Shown piece after piece: positions 38,168 through 49,364 of a stretch of 64,000 nucleotides of DNA. Under the pieces are notes generated by a model that worked only from the letters and a program-made list of their open reading frames with translations, was not told the DNA's origin and made no database searches. How positions within the stretch are numbered: the first letter of the stretch is position 1; the number at the start of each line of letters is the position of its first letter. The translations under genes and the position numbers were made by a program. Source of the DNA: an uncultured Candidatus Saccharibacteria bacterium (GTDB lineage Bacteria > Patescibacteriota > Doudnabacteria > UBA920); assembly GCA_964631145.1 (NCBI GenBank), contig CAZVXT010000002.1, positions 65,140-129,139 of the forward strand, read 5' to 3'.

Positions 38168-39634
38168 ATGTCTAAGTCGTTTTCAAAAAAAGGTCTAACT
38201 CCAAAATCAGAAAACATATCAGATTGGTATCACGATTTGGTCGTTTTAGGAGATTTGGCTGATTATTCTGATGTAAAAGGAAGTATGATTATAAAGCCAA
38301 ATGGCTATGCTATTTGGGAAAAAGCTCAAGCTTACTTAGATAAGCAATTTAAAAGTGATTATTCTAGTCCGGTAGAAAATGTTTATTTTCCTTTATTTAT
38401 CCCAATGAGCTTACTTCAAAAAGAGAAAGAACATTTAGAAGGATTTTCCCCCGAGCTTGCGGTTGTTACTCATGCCGGCGGTGAAGAATTATCAGAACCT
38501 TTGGTGGTAAGACCAACTTCAGAAACTATAATGTATAAGACATTTGCAGATTGGATACATAGTTATAGAGATTTGCCTTTGAAGATCAACCAATGGTGTA
38601 ATGTAGTTCGATGGGAAAAAAGAACTAATCCTTTTTTGCGCACCTCCGAATTTTTGTGGCAAGAAGGTCATACTGCTCACGCAACCGCTGAAGAAGCTAA
38701 GAGAATGGCTGAACAGGCGCTTGGCTGGTATGCAGATTTCTATAAGAACATTTTTGCAATAGATCCTATTGTTGGTATTAAAAGTGCAAGCGAGCGTTTC
38801 GCTGGAGCTGATGAGACTTATACTATTGAGTTAGTTATGCCAGATGGTAAAGCTTTGCAAGCAGCAACATCACATAATTTAGGTCAAAATTTTTCTAAAG
38901 TTTTTGAAATCGAATTTTTAGATGCAGAAAACAATAAACAAAATCCTCATCAAACATCCTGGGGTCTTTCAACTCGTTCGATAGGGGGTTTGATTTTAAC
39001 TCATGGCGATGATTCTGGATTAGTTGTTCCGCCGCAGGCTGCGCCTATACAAGTTGTTTTGTTAGTTTTTCCTGAAAAGGATCAGACTAAAATGGATTTA
39101 TTATTAGAAAAGGCTAATGAGATAATTGTTAACTTAAGAAATCTTGGTATCTCTGCAAGATTAGATGTTAATATGTCTTCAAGTTTTGGTAGTAGAATTA
39201 ATCATTGGGAGTTACGTGGTGTTCCACTTAGATTAGAGCTTGGATCAAAAGAACTGGAGGCTAATCAAATTAAATACGTTCGTCGTGATAACTTCGAAAA
39301 GGATTTTACTGGTTTCGATGGCATAGAGACATTTATTGAAAATACGCTTAGCAATATTCAGCAAAACTTGTTCGACAAATCCGTAGAAACTAAAAATAAA
39401 TTAGTGCAGGATGTCACAAATTATGATGACTATAAAAACATTCTCTCTGGTGAAAGAACTTTAATGAGAGTGTTATGGTGTGAAAAGCCAGAGTGCGAAG
39501 CCAAGGTTAAGGAAGAAACTAAATCAGTAAGTCGTTGTTTGGAGTTAAGTAGATTAGATGAAAAATTAAACGGAGAATGTATTTTCTGTGGAGATAAAGC
39601 AAGTCGTAAATGGATTTTTGGACAAAGTTATTAG
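38168..39634 (+). CDS. proS: proline--tRNA ligase (archaeal/eukaryote-like type)
   Basis: RPTSET, QWCNVVRWE, EFLWQEGHT, C-terminal zinc domain ending in Y. Confidence 0.96.
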   Translation: MSKSFSKKGLTPKSENISDWYHDLVVLGDLADYSDVKGSMIIKPNGYAIWEKAQAYLDKQFKSDYSSPVENVYFPLFIPMSLLQKEKEHLEGFSPELAVVTHAGGEELSEPLVVRPTSETIMYKTFADWIHSYRDLPLKINQWCNVVRWEKRTNPFLRTSEFLWQEGHTAHATAEEAKRMAEQALGWYADFYKNIFAIDPIVGIKSASERFAGADETYTIELVMPDGKALQAATSHNLGQNFSKVFEIEFLDAENNKQNPHQTSWGLSTRSIGGLILTHGDDSGLVVPPQAAPIQVVLLVFPEKDQTKMDLLLEKANEIIVNLRNLGISARLDVNMSSSFGSRINHWELRGVPLRLELGSKELEANQIKYVRRDNFEKDFTGFDGIETFIENTLSNIQQNLFDKSVETKNKLVQDVTNYDDYKNILSGERTLMRVLWCEKPECEAKVKEETKSVSRCLELSRLDEKLNGECIFCGDKASRKWIFGQSY

Positions 39635-39650
39635 AAAGATTTAAATTATA

Positions 39651-40703
39651 ATGTTAGAACCGATTTTTAAAAGATTTTCTCAGGACCTTGGAATTGACCT
39701 TGGAACTGCAAATACCCTCGTCTATGTTAAAGGCAAGGGTATTGTTATCAATGAACCTTCTGTAGTTGCTATTAATCAAAGAACAAAACAAATCTTGGCA
39801 ATCGGTAGTGAAGCTCAAAGAATGGTCGGGCGTACTCCTGGGCATATCGTTGCTACTCGTCCGCTTGTAGACGGGGTTATTTCAGATTTTGAAATAACAG
39901 AAGCTATGCTTCGTTACTTTATTGATAAGGTCCATAATCAAACTTATAGCTTTTTGCGTCGTCCCCGAGTTGTGGTAGGTATACCAAGTGGTGTGACCGA
40001 GGTGGAGAAGCGTGCGGTTCAAGATGCTGCGGTTAACGCAGGTGCGCGTCAGGCATTTTTGATTGAAGAACCGATGGCAGCAAGTATTGGTGCGCGTTTA
40101 CCGGTTCAAGAAGCTCATGGTTCTATGATCGTTGACATTGGTGGGGGTACAACAGAGATCGCAGTAATTAGTTTGGGCGGGGTTGTTATTGCTAGAAGTT
40201 TGCGTATTGCAGGGGATGCCATGAACGAACAAATAGTTCAATATGTTAGAGATAATTTTGGATTGCTTATTGGTCTACGTACAGCAGAAGAATTAAAAAT
40301 TAAAATTGGTTCTGCAACTGTTTTACCAGAACAGTTAACAGGAAAAATGCGCGGACGAGATTTAGTTTCTGGGTTACCGAAAGAGATTACTGTTTCAGAT
40401 GCACATATTCGCGATGCATTATCTCCAGCTGTTAAAAATATTTTAAATAATGTTAAAGCTGTCATAGAAGAAATACCCCCAGAAATTATTGGCGATATTA
40501 TGAGCCGGGGAATAATGCTTGCTGGCGGTGGTGCATTGTTGCGTGGTTTGGATAGTTTGTTAGCAGAAGAAACAAAAATGCCAATTACAATTGCTGATGA
40601 TCCTTTAACTTGTGTAGCTCGTGGTGCAGGTATTGTAGTTGAAGATTTAGAAAACTTAAAAGAAGTATTGGCAGATACCGATTTTACAAAGTTTATCCGT
40701 TAG
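39651..40703 (+). CDS. mreB: rod shape-determining protein MreB
   Basis: GIDLGTANT, DIGGGTT, AGGGALL. Confidence 0.97.
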   Translation: MLEPIFKRFSQDLGIDLGTANTLVYVKGKGIVINEPSVVAINQRTKQILAIGSEAQRMVGRTPGHIVATRPLVDGVISDFEITEAMLRYFIDKVHNQTYSFLRRPRVVVGIPSGVTEVEKRAVQDAAVNAGARQAFLIEEPMAASIGARLPVQEAHGSMIVDIGGGTTEIAVISLGGVVIARSLRIAGDAMNEQIVQYVRDNFGLLIGLRTAEELKIKIGSATVLPEQLTGKMRGRDLVSGLPKEITVSDAHIRDALSPAVKNILNNVKAVIEEIPPEIIGDIMSRGIMLAGGGALLRGLDSLLAEETKMPITIADDPLTCVARGAGIVVEDLENLKEVLADTDFTKFIR

Positions 40704-40728
40704 TTTATTTTAAAAAATAATTTGTGCC

Positions 40729-41529
40729 ATGAAGTTTATTTATTCCAAAATTACTTATACGTTTATCGCACTATTAGTGGTAATAGTTGGTTTAATGATA
40801 CTTCAAACTAAAGGTTGGTTGGGTTCTATTGAATATGTTTTGCTACAAGCTCCAAGCCCTGTAGTGAAAAGTATTAACTGGTTAGTACGACCAATTATCA
40901 CTACTGCAGATACTTTAACTAGCTTGCCTTCAATAGTTAGAGAAAATCGACAGTTGCAAGATGAGCTAAGTGCTGCGAAACAAAAAATTGTTGACTTTGA
41001 TCAATTGCAAAAAGATAAAGATTTATTACAACAAGAGTTAAATTATAAAAGCAAAAGTCCCTATCAGTTAGTATCTTGTGGGGTCCTTGCTTTTGATACG
41101 CAAAATTTTAGTGACACTATAACCTTAAATTGTGGCTTTGAGCAAGGTTTGGAGGCTGGGCAAGCTGTGATGGCTGGTGGCTATTTAATTGCGCAAATAG
41201 TACATGTAGGAAATTCTACCAGCACAGCATTATTATTAACCAATGCTCAATCATCCGTTGATGCAAAACTTTCAAAAAATAATACTGAAGGTGTGGTAAA
41301 AGGTTCGTTTGGTTCTGGTATGATTTTTGATTTAGTCTCCCAGAGTGCGGATGTTGCTAACGGTGATTTGGTCGTTACTGCCGGAATAAATCCAAAAGTT
41401 CCAAAAAATTTATTAATCGGTGAAATTGGCTCTGGTCTTTCTGGTAGCAATGACTTGTTCAAAAAATTGACTATTGTTTCGCAAGTAAAACCTTATCAAA
41501 TTGATATGGTATTTGTAATAAAACAATGA
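40729..41529 (+). CDS. mreC: rod shape-determining protein MreC
   Basis: TM, coiled coil (REN..L), beta domains GDLVVTAG..PK..LIG; synteny. Confidence 0.9.
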   Translation: MKFIYSKITYTFIALLVVIVGLMILQTKGWLGSIEYVLLQAPSPVVKSINWLVRPIITTADTLTSLPSIVRENRQLQDELSAAKQKIVDFDQLQKDKDLLQQELNYKSKSPYQLVSCGVLAFDTQNFSDTITLNCGFEQGLEAGQAVMAGGYLIAQIVHVGNSTSTALLLTNAQSSVDAKLSKNNTEGVVKGSFGSGMIFDLVSQSADVANGDLVVTAGINPKVPKNLLIGEIGSGLSGSNDLFKKLTIVSQVKPYQIDMVFVIKQ

Positions 41530-42053
41530 GAGCTTGGATTTTAACAATTTTAATAGTTGTGTCTGTTATTTTTACTCAAACTATTTTGCGTTTAATAGAT
41601 TTTAATGGATTTGTTCCCAATCTACTGTTATTATTTGTAGTATTTTTTGCGCAATCTAGCGATGACTTTGAATATTTAATTCTCGCTGCAGCAGGTGGCA
41701 TGTGGATAGAAGTATTAAGTGGTTTGCCAATTGGTGCGGTGTCTTTGGGTTTAGTTTTTTCAGCCACATTAGTATATTTATTTGTCCATAGATTTTTATT
41801 AAAGAATAGGGATTGGCGTTATTACTTTGTGTTTGTCGTATTTTCTATATTCTTTGGTCAGCTATGGCTTTGGATATATACTCAGGTTTTATCATACTTC
41901 CAGATTTATAAAGTTGTTGTTGATTTTGGAACAATTTGGCATATCTCATGGAAGATTGTTGTAATGAATTTGATCATTGCTGTCCCTGTATATTTTATTA
42001 GCGATTATTTTCTTGCCAGAATCCAAAATCGCAAATCAACATATTATTTTTAA
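41526..42053 (+). CDS. mreD: rod shape-determining protein MreD
   Basis: Polytopic membrane protein with PNLLLL motif between mreC and mrdA. Confidence 0.8.
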   Translation: MRAWILTILIVVSVIFTQTILRLIDFNGFVPNLLLLFVVFFAQSSDDFEYLILAAAGGMWIEVLSGLPIGAVSLGLVFSATLVYLFVHRFLLKNRDWRYYFVFVVFSIFFGQLWLWIYTQVLSYFQIYKVVVDFGTIWHISWKIVVMNLIIAVPVYFISDYFLARIQNRKSTYYF

Positions 42054-42065
42054 TTATATAGACTT

Positions 42066-44030
42066 ATGAGTAACAGTCTTGTTCCTAATCCCTTTTTGGA
42101 TTTAGGAGAAAAAAAAATATCTCAAAAAACTCATGGTTTGGAATGGGAAGAAGGCGCGGTTGATGGTAATAGCAGCGTGGAAGGTTTTGCAGAAGATCAC
42201 CATAGATCCACTAGTTTTAAGTGGCTTTTTGGATTGGTGAGCTTGTTATTTGTCATTATTTTGGGACAGTTGATTAACTTGCAGATTGTGCAAGGTGGTA
42301 AGTTTAGAGGAATGGCCGAGGGAAATAGGTTAAGACTTCAGGCTATACCAGCTCCTCGAGGTTTTATTATGGACAGAAATGGTGAGATTATTGCCAAAAA
42401 TCAACCTAGTTTTAACCTAGCTGTGGTGCCTTCCGATTTGCCCAAAGATACCAAAGATCAGATTATTAATAAGGCTGCTCTAATGTTTGGTTTTGACAGT
42501 AATGAAGTAAAGGATAAGTTACAGCAAAACAACAATGCATTGCTACAGCCTATGGTTGTCAAAAAGGGTTTAACTCAGCAAGAGACAATTATGTTTGAGG
42601 TGTCTTCAAAAGAATTGCCCGGGTTTCAAGTAATAAGCGTTCCTGTTAGAGATTATGTTGATACAGAAATATTTTCTCATGTCTTAGGTTATACATCAAC
42701 AATTTCTGATACAGAATATAATAATAAAATTGATCAAGGTTATGATATTAATGATTTGGTTGGTAAAACAGGAATTGAGCTAAGCTATGAAAAATATTTA
42801 CGCGGAGTTAATGGAAATACTCAAGTCGAGGTTGATGCTTCTGGCAAGCCTATTAAAGTTCTTGGGCAAGTCGATCCTAAACCGGGTAATATAGTAGAGT
42901 TAAATATAGATAAAGGTTTACAAGAGGTTTTGTATAATTCTTTTGCAAAACGCTCTAGTCCAAAAGGTGCGGCGATTGCATTAAATCCTAAGACTGGAGA
43001 AGTTTTGGCATTGGTGTCTGTGCCTGGATTTAATAATAATTTGTTTGCTACTGGAATTTCTTCATCAGATTATAAAAATTTATTAGATGATAAAAATTTA
43101 CCTTTATTTAATAGATCTATATCAGGAGTGTACCCCCCTGGGTCTACTATTAAACCTGTAGCAGCCGCTGCTGTGTTGCAAGATAAAATTGTTGATGCAC
43201 AGACAACCATATATGATGGAGGTGTGTTAAAAATTCCAAATCAGTTTAATCCCACAATATCATACAATTTTTATGGTTGGAAAAAAGACGGTCTTGGTCC
43301 AATGACCGTAACTTCGGCGATAGCACAAAGTAGTGATATATATTTTTATACTGTTGCCGGTGGACATCCTTCATCTCCGATAAAGGGTATTGGAGCAGAG
43401 AAGTTGGCAGATTATTATCGAGATTTTGGCATGGGAGCGACGACCGGTATTGATATCCAAGGTGAAAAATCTGGAACTGTGGCAGATCCAGATTGGAAGT
43501 TGGCTTATCATGATAATGATAAAATTTTAGGAAAATGGTATTTGGGAGATACTTATCATATCTCTATCGGGCAAGGTGACATGTTGGTAACACCATTGCA
43601 GGTTGCATTATGGACCTCAATTATTGCCAATAATGGGACTATTAATAAACCAACAATTTTAAAACGAGTTGTTGATCAGCAGGGTAAGGTGGTTTACCAG
43701 CCAAAATCAGAGGTATTATTAAAGGTTAATGTATCTCAAGAGAATTTAAAAGTTGTTCAAGAGGGTATGAGAGAGAATGTTATATCTAGTAAAGGTAGCG
43801 GTAGGGCATTGGATAGTTTGTCTGTAACTGCCGCAGGAAAAACTGGAACTTCTCAATTTGATGGTTCTGACCCTTCTAGGACTCATGCATGGTATACTGC
43901 CTATGCTCCTTATGAGGATCCAGAAATCGTTGTAACTGTATTAGTAGAAGCCGGGGGAGAAGGTCATGCGGCAGCGGTGCCAATTGTAAAAGAGGCAATT
44001 GCATGGTGGGCAGAAAAATATAAAAAATAA
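42066..44030 (+). CDS. mrdA: penicillin-binding protein 2
   Basis: PAPRG.I.DRNG, STIK (SxxK), SSD, KTGT motifs. Confidence 0.95.
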   Translation: MSNSLVPNPFLDLGEKKISQKTHGLEWEEGAVDGNSSVEGFAEDHHRSTSFKWLFGLVSLLFVIILGQLINLQIVQGGKFRGMAEGNRLRLQAIPAPRGFIMDRNGEIIAKNQPSFNLAVVPSDLPKDTKDQIINKAALMFGFDSNEVKDKLQQNNNALLQPMVVKKGLTQQETIMFEVSSKELPGFQVISVPVRDYVDTEIFSHVLGYTSTISDTEYNNKIDQGYDINDLVGKTGIELSYEKYLRGVNGNTQVEVDASGKPIKVLGQVDPKPGNIVELNIDKGLQEVLYNSFAKRSSPKGAAIALNPKTGEVLALVSVPGFNNNLFATGISSSDYKNLLDDKNLPLFNRSISGVYPPGSTIKPVAAAAVLQDKIVDAQTTIYDGGVLKIPNQFNPTISYNFYGWKKDGLGPMTVTSAIAQSSDIYFYTVAGGHPSSPIKGIGAEKLADYYRDFGMGATTGIDIQGEKSGTVADPDWKLAYHDNDKILGKWYLGDTYHISIGQGDMLVTPLQVALWTSIIANNGTINKPTILKRVVDQQGKVVYQPKSEVLLKVNVSQENLKVVQEGMRENVISSKGSGRALDSLSVTAAGKTGTSQFDGSDPSRTHAWYTAYAPYEDPEIVVTVLVEAGGEGHAAAVPIVKEAIAWWAEKYKK

Positions 44031-44035
44031 TTATT

Positions 44036-44866
44036 ATGATTATAGACGGTAGAGAAATTTCTCAGCAAATTTTACAATCCATACAAGAGCGCATACAACA
44101 TTTATCTTTTAAGCCAGTATTGTGCGATATTATAGTTGGCGATGATAAAGTCTCAATGTCTTATGTAAAAATCAAGCAACGAGTTGCAGAAAAATGCGGG
44201 TTAGATTTTGTATTAGTTAATTTACCTCGCACATCAAATTTATCCGATGTAGTCGGTACAATTCATAAAGTTCAAGAAGATAAAAACTTGTGTGGGTTAA
44301 TAGTGCAGCTACCATTGCCAGAACATTTGAACACCAAAGAAATTTTAAATGCTATTGATCTAAAAGTAGATGTAGATTTATTATCTGAAAAATCTTCAGA
44401 ACAATTTTATGCTGGAAGTCATAATTTAATACCTCCGACAGCAGCAGCCATTTGGCATATTTTACAAGATTTAAAAATTGATTTGACTACTAAAAATATT
44501 TTGGTAATCGGGCAGGGGCAATTAGTTGGTATGCCTATAACTTATTTGCTCAAGTCTAATGGTTTTAATGTAAATATTGCCACAAAGGATACAGCTGATA
44601 TAAAAGCTTTAACCAAAAACGCTGATATTATTATTAGTGGTGCTGGTAAAGATAAATTATTGAGCGGTGATATGGTTAAGGATGGTGTAATTATTATTGA
44701 TGCAGGTACATCAGAAGTAGATGGTGGTATTGCGGGGGATGTGGATTTCCAATCGGTTGCACCTAAAGCGCAGTTTATTACCCCAGTTCCAGGAGGTGTT
44801 GGACCAGTTACTGTTGCTAAGTTGATAGAAAATGTAGCCACTGTGGCAGAAGAAATGGCTTTGTAG
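44036..44866 (+). CDS. folD: methylenetetrahydrofolate dehydrogenase/cyclohydrolase
   Basis: IVQLPLP, GDVDF, TPVPGGVGPVT. Confidence 0.93.
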   Translation: MIIDGREISQQILQSIQERIQHLSFKPVLCDIIVGDDKVSMSYVKIKQRVAEKCGLDFVLVNLPRTSNLSDVVGTIHKVQEDKNLCGLIVQLPLPEHLNTKEILNAIDLKVDVDLLSEKSSEQFYAGSHNLIPPTAAAIWHILQDLKIDLTTKNILVIGQGQLVGMPITYLLKSNGFNVNIATKDTADIKALTKNADIIISGAGKDKLLSGDMVKDGVIIIDAGTSEVDGGIAGDVDFQSVAPKAQFITPVPGGVGPVTVAKLIENVATVAEEMAL

Positions 44867-44939
44867 TCCTTAGAGTTGACATGCTATTAAAACTTCTGTA
44901 TCATAAGACCAGTCTTTATATAAAAATTATCAAATTTCA

Positions 44940-45401
44940 ATGTCTAAAAAATATTTATTGACCCAAGAAGGGTTAATTAAACTAAACGAAGAATTAAAGC
45001 ATCTAATCAATGATAAGCGTAAGGAAGTAATCGAACGTATCAGAGAGGCTGCTGCTCACGGTGATTTATCTGAAAACGCTGACTATGCTCAGGCACGTGA
45101 AGAACAAAGCTTTATTGAAGGTCGTATCATGGAAATTGAAGACATGATCAAGAATGCAGAAATTATTACAGCTTCTACTCAAAGATCTAATGTGACTATT
45201 GGTTCTACTATAACTGTAAAAGTTGGGGGCGAAGAAAAAACATACTCGATTGTCGGTAGTAATGAAGCCAATCCTTTAGAAGGAAAAATTTCTAACGAAT
45301 CTTTGGTTGGACGAGCGTTGTTAGGAAAAAAAGCAGGGGATAAAGTAACTGTAACAACTCCAGCAGGCGATAAGGAATACGAAATAATTTCTATTAACTA
45401 A
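44940..45401 (+). CDS. greA: transcription elongation factor GreA
   Basis: HGDLSENADY, ISNESLVGRALLG. Confidence 0.96.
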   Translation: MSKKYLLTQEGLIKLNEELKHLINDKRKEVIERIREAAAHGDLSENADYAQAREEQSFIEGRIMEIEDMIKNAEIITASTQRSNVTIGSTITVKVGGEEKTYSIVGSNEANPLEGKISNESLVGRALLGKKAGDKVTVTTPAGDKEYEIISIN

Positions 45402-45421
45402 AATAAAAACGTAGTTAAGTG

Positions 45422-45805
45422 CTACGTTTTTATTTTAGAATCATCTATAAGCAGTTTTTCAAGTTTATACTTGATTGCATAAATTTGGACTATGCTTTTG
45501 ATGCTTTGGTCATATAAATATATATCAGTGACATTGTTATAAACCGATTTTGTTGACATTAAAATATATGGTTTGATTATCTTAAGTTTAACAAGCAGTT
45601 TTTTGATAAAATTTAATTTGCTATTATCAATAATGCATAACTCTTGTCTTCGTTCAAATTGTCCAGCGTAATCTACACCCCAATAGTTTACCGGAGATAT
45701 TTCTGCATTTGGATAAGAATCCTTTATTTTATTTAAAATGTCAGTAAAGAAATTTGCGATTATAATATTTCTTTTTTCTTGTTCTTTTTCATATGATTCT
45801 TTCAT
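45422..45805 (-). CDS. hypothetical protein
   Basis: AAGGAGG RBS before ATG 45805. Confidence 0.55.
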   Translation of the reverse strand: MKESYEKEQEKRNIIIANFFTDILNKIKDSYPNAEISPVNYWGVDYAGQFERRQELCIIDNSKLNFIKKLLVKLKIIKPYILMSTKSVYNNVTDIYLYDQSIKSIVQIYAIKYKLEKLLIDDSKIKT

Positions 45806-45897
45806 AAAACCTCCTTTTAGTATCATGCTATCATATAGCTTTTTGGGATTAGTGTCAATAAAAAACAAGCGGACAAAATTTGTCCGCTTTTTTTAAA

Positions 45898-46377
45898 TTA
45901 CCTTTTAACTTTTTCTTTATTAGCACAATCTGTGCGAAAATAACTGCTTTGGAAATTGTCGCCAAGTCCTAGTTGAAAAAGAGTCTCGTCTTGCTCTTCT
46001 TCATCCGGCTTGCAATAAAAGCACTGGCTTGGATTACCACATTTATACTGATGTCGGTAATACCAGAATGTTTTAGTTATTATTTTGCTAGACGAATATA
46101 TGATCGCACCAAATAATATATAATACAAAGCATTGCTGATAAATTCTACTATTGATGCGTTTTCACTGGCAGTCAAAGCCAACAACAGAACTAGTGTAGT
46201 AAACGGTAATTGCATAAAAATAGCCCACCAAAACAAAAAATATTTTGGACCTAATCTTAAATAAGGAAAAAAATTTTCAAGCCTTTTATTTAAAGCAAGT
46301 TCGGTTTTGGTTTCCATGTATCCTTCAATTAATCCTTTGATCAAAATAGCTACCCAATACAATCCGAAATAATCCAT
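45898..46377 (-). CDS. hypothetical membrane protein
   Basis: AGGAGG RBS; TM segments; C-terminal C..C.YC cluster. Confidence 0.55.
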   Translation of the reverse strand: MDYFGLYWVAILIKGLIEGYMETKTELALNKRLENFFPYLRLGPKYFLFWWAIFMQLPFTTLVLLLALTASENASIVEFISNALYYILFGAIIYSSSKIITKTFWYYRHQYKCGNPSQCFYCKPDEEEQDETLFQLGLGDNFQSSYFRTDCANKEKVKR

Positions 46378-46491
46378 AATATCTCCTCCTAAAATTTGTA
46401 ATTTGTTTTATAATACCGCTTTTATACTAATTTGTCAAACTATGACAAACTTTAGAAAATTGCTATAATAAATACAATTATTGTAATAAAA

Positions 46492-47952
46492 ATGAACGAA
46501 AGATTAGAAGATATTATAGGTCACCGCAAAAATAAACTGCAGAATATTTTAGCATCTGGTAAAGAGGCTTTTCCGTCCACTACTTCCAGAACGCATACTA
46601 ACAAGCAGGTGTTGGAAAATTTTGAAAGCATTGGCGATGATAAAGTAACTATCGTTGGACGTATTCGTAGTCAACGCGCTATGGGCAAGTTAGTATTTTT
46701 GCATATTGATGATGGTACTTCTCGTATTCAAGTTTTGATCAAAGAAGATAATGTAGGCAGTAATGCTTTTGCCTTTTTTATTGATAACTTTGATTTAGGC
46801 GATTTTGTAGAAGCAACAGGTGATTTATTTATTACAAAGACAGGTGAAAAAACTTTACAAGCAACAAGTTATAACATGCTTGCTAAGTCTTTAAGACCTC
46901 TCCCAAGTGAGCACTATGGTTTAGAGGATACTGAGATAAAATTACGTAAGCGTTATTTGGATATTTTGCTTGATAGCGAAACTAAAGAATTATTTGTAAA
47001 AAAAGCAAAGTTTTGGAGTAGTATGAGAAAGTTTTTGGAGGACAGAGGCTTTTTGGAAATGCAAATGCCAATACTCGAAAATACTCCCGGTGGTGCCGAA
47101 GCAGAACCTTTTGTTACTCATCATAATGCATTAGATAAAGATTTTTATTTACGCATATCATTAGAGTTGCCACTCAAAAAAATGCTGGTAGCAGGTTATG
47201 AAAAAGTTTTTGAAATTGGACGAATCTTCCGCAACGAAGGTATCTCTACCACTCACTTGCAAGATTACACTCAAATGGAATTTTATTGGGCATACGGAGA
47301 CTTCGAAGCTTTGCAAAAAATGTTGCAAAAAATGTATCAATATATTTTGCAAGAAACTTTTGGAAGTTTGCAAATTACATCAGGTGGTATTACCTGTGAT
47401 TGGAGTGGTGATTGGGATAAAGTGGATTATGTGTCTTTATTTAAGGAACATACAGGACTGGACCTAGAGGTTTGTAGTGATGATGATCTAAAAGAATATG
47501 CTAAATCTCAACATATTAAATTTGAAGATTTTGCACAACGTGGAAGATTAATAGATGTGATTTTCAAAAAAGTTAGAACTCATATAAAAGCAGACCGACC
47601 AGTATTTTTAATTAATCAGCCTATCGAGTTAGAACCTCTTGCAAAACGAGACCCTAAAAATCCAAAGATTGTACAAAGATTGCAAATTGTTGCTTATGGG
47701 ACAGAATTGGGAAAAGGCTTCGGAGAGCTTAATGATCCAATAGATCAACGCAGTCGTTTTGAAGATCAAGCAAAGTTACGAGAAGCAGGTGATAATGAAG
47801 CGCAAATGCTTGATGAAGACTATGTAGAAGCTATGGAGTATGGAATGCCTCCAGCCGCTGGTTTTGGTTTATCCGAAAGATTATTTGCTGTTTTGTCTGA
47901 CAGATCAGTACGCGAAACAGTGATTTTCCCTCCAATGAAAGATAATAACTAG
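46492..47952 (+). CDS. lysS: lysine--tRNA ligase (class II)
   Basis: OB anticodon domain, GGAEAEPF, FRNEG, EYGMPP. Confidence 0.96.
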   Translation: MNERLEDIIGHRKNKLQNILASGKEAFPSTTSRTHTNKQVLENFESIGDDKVTIVGRIRSQRAMGKLVFLHIDDGTSRIQVLIKEDNVGSNAFAFFIDNFDLGDFVEATGDLFITKTGEKTLQATSYNMLAKSLRPLPSEHYGLEDTEIKLRKRYLDILLDSETKELFVKKAKFWSSMRKFLEDRGFLEMQMPILENTPGGAEAEPFVTHHNALDKDFYLRISLELPLKKMLVAGYEKVFEIGRIFRNEGISTTHLQDYTQMEFYWAYGDFEALQKMLQKMYQYILQETFGSLQITSGGITCDWSGDWDKVDYVSLFKEHTGLDLEVCSDDDLKEYAKSQHIKFEDFAQRGRLIDVIFKKVRTHIKADRPVFLINQPIELEPLAKRDPKNPKIVQRLQIVAYGTELGKGFGELNDPIDQRSRFEDQAKLREAGDNEAQMLDEDYVEAMEYGMPPAAGFGLSERLFAVLSDRSVRETVIFPPMKDNN

Positions 47953-47975
47953 TTTTAAAATTTTAATTTAAAAAT

Positions 47976-49319
47976 ATGCTCGATATTAAATTTGTTCGTG
48001 ACAATGTGGATGCTGTCAAAAAAGCCATTGTAGATAAGCGCATTGATTTGGATTTAGATGCTTTATTGGATTTAGATTCTAAACGTCGCACTGCTTTAGC
48101 AGAAGTAGAAAGCTTGCAGTCGACAAAGAATGCATTTTCTAAAGAAATAGCCAATTTATCTGATGCTGATAAGCAAGTGAAGCTTTTAGAAATGAAAGAA
48201 TTAGATGCTCGCCAAGCAGAATTTAAAGAGCAACTAAAAAGTATAGATGAAGAGTATTCCCGCTTATTGTATTTGGTTCCAAATATTCCATCCAAAGAAA
48301 CTCCGATCGGTAAAGATGATACAGAAAATGTACCATGGAGTTACTGGTCTCCAGAGCTTGGTCATGTTGATCCAAAAGATACAGACAAGGTTGCTGCTAT
48401 GGCAACAAAATTTGATTTTACACCCAAAGATCATATTACTTTAGTTGAAGATTTAAATTTGGCAGATTTTACCCAAGGAACAAATGTATCTGGTTTCCGT
48501 GGATATTTTTTGAAAAATGAGGCTGTGTTATTACAACAGGGTTTGCTTTGGTATGCGATGGAAAAGTTAAGAAGTAAAGGTTTTACTTTAATGCAAACTC
48601 CTACATTGGTAAAGGAATTTGCTTTGATTGGTAGCGGTCATTTTCCTGCTGGACGCGGCGAAGTTTATCAAGTTGCTAACGCGGCTCGTTTGGAAGATGA
48701 TAGTAAAGAGCCTCGCTTTTTAGCAGGGACGAGCGAACCAAGCTTAATTGGATATTTTGCAGATCAAATTTTGGAGGAAAAGAATTTGCCAATTCAAGTT
48801 TCTGGTATTTCTGCTTGCTATAGAAGTGAAGCTGGTAGTTATGGTAAAGATACAAAAGGACTTTATCGTGTCCATGAGTTCCAAAAAGTCGAGCAGGTAA
48901 TTATCTGTAAAGCAGATATTAATGAAGCTGATATGTGGCTCGAAAAATTGCGTGAAATTAGTGAAGAAATTTTGCAAGATCTTAAACTCCCATATCGTGT
49001 TTTAAATATTTGTACAGGCGATATGGGCGCAGGTAAATACAAGATGTATGATATTGAAACTTGGATGCCAGCTAGAAATGGCTATGGTGAGACTCACAGT
49101 GATTCTAATTTAACAGATTGGCAAGCAAGGCGTTTGAATATTCGTTATCGTGATAGCGAAGGAAAAATTAAGCATGCTTACACTTTAAATAATACAGCTG
49201 TTGCTAGTCCACGCATTTTAATACCGATTTTGGAAAACTATCAGCAAGCAGATGGTAGTGTAAAGGTTCCTGAGGTTTTACAAAAATATGTAGGAACAGA
49301 CGTAATCAAAAAGAAGTAG
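47976..49319 (+). CDS. serS: serine--tRNA ligase
   Basis: MLDIKFVR coiled arm, GTSE, YRSEAG, GLYRVHEF, TLNNT. Confidence 0.96.
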   Translation: MLDIKFVRDNVDAVKKAIVDKRIDLDLDALLDLDSKRRTALAEVESLQSTKNAFSKEIANLSDADKQVKLLEMKELDARQAEFKEQLKSIDEEYSRLLYLVPNIPSKETPIGKDDTENVPWSYWSPELGHVDPKDTDKVAAMATKFDFTPKDHITLVEDLNLADFTQGTNVSGFRGYFLKNEAVLLQQGLLWYAMEKLRSKGFTLMQTPTLVKEFALIGSGHFPAGRGEVYQVANAARLEDDSKEPRFLAGTSEPSLIGYFADQILEEKNLPIQVSGISACYRSEAGSYGKDTKGLYRVHEFQKVEQVIICKADINEADMWLEKLREISEEILQDLKLPYRVLNICTGDMGAGKYKMYDIETWMPARNGYGETHSDSNLTDWQARRLNIRYRDSEGKIKHAYTLNNTAVASPRILIPILENYQQADGSVKVPEVLQKYVGTDVIKKK

Positions 49320-49364
49320 TGCTTTATAGACTTTAAAGGTTAAAGAGTTGAAGTAAAAATATCA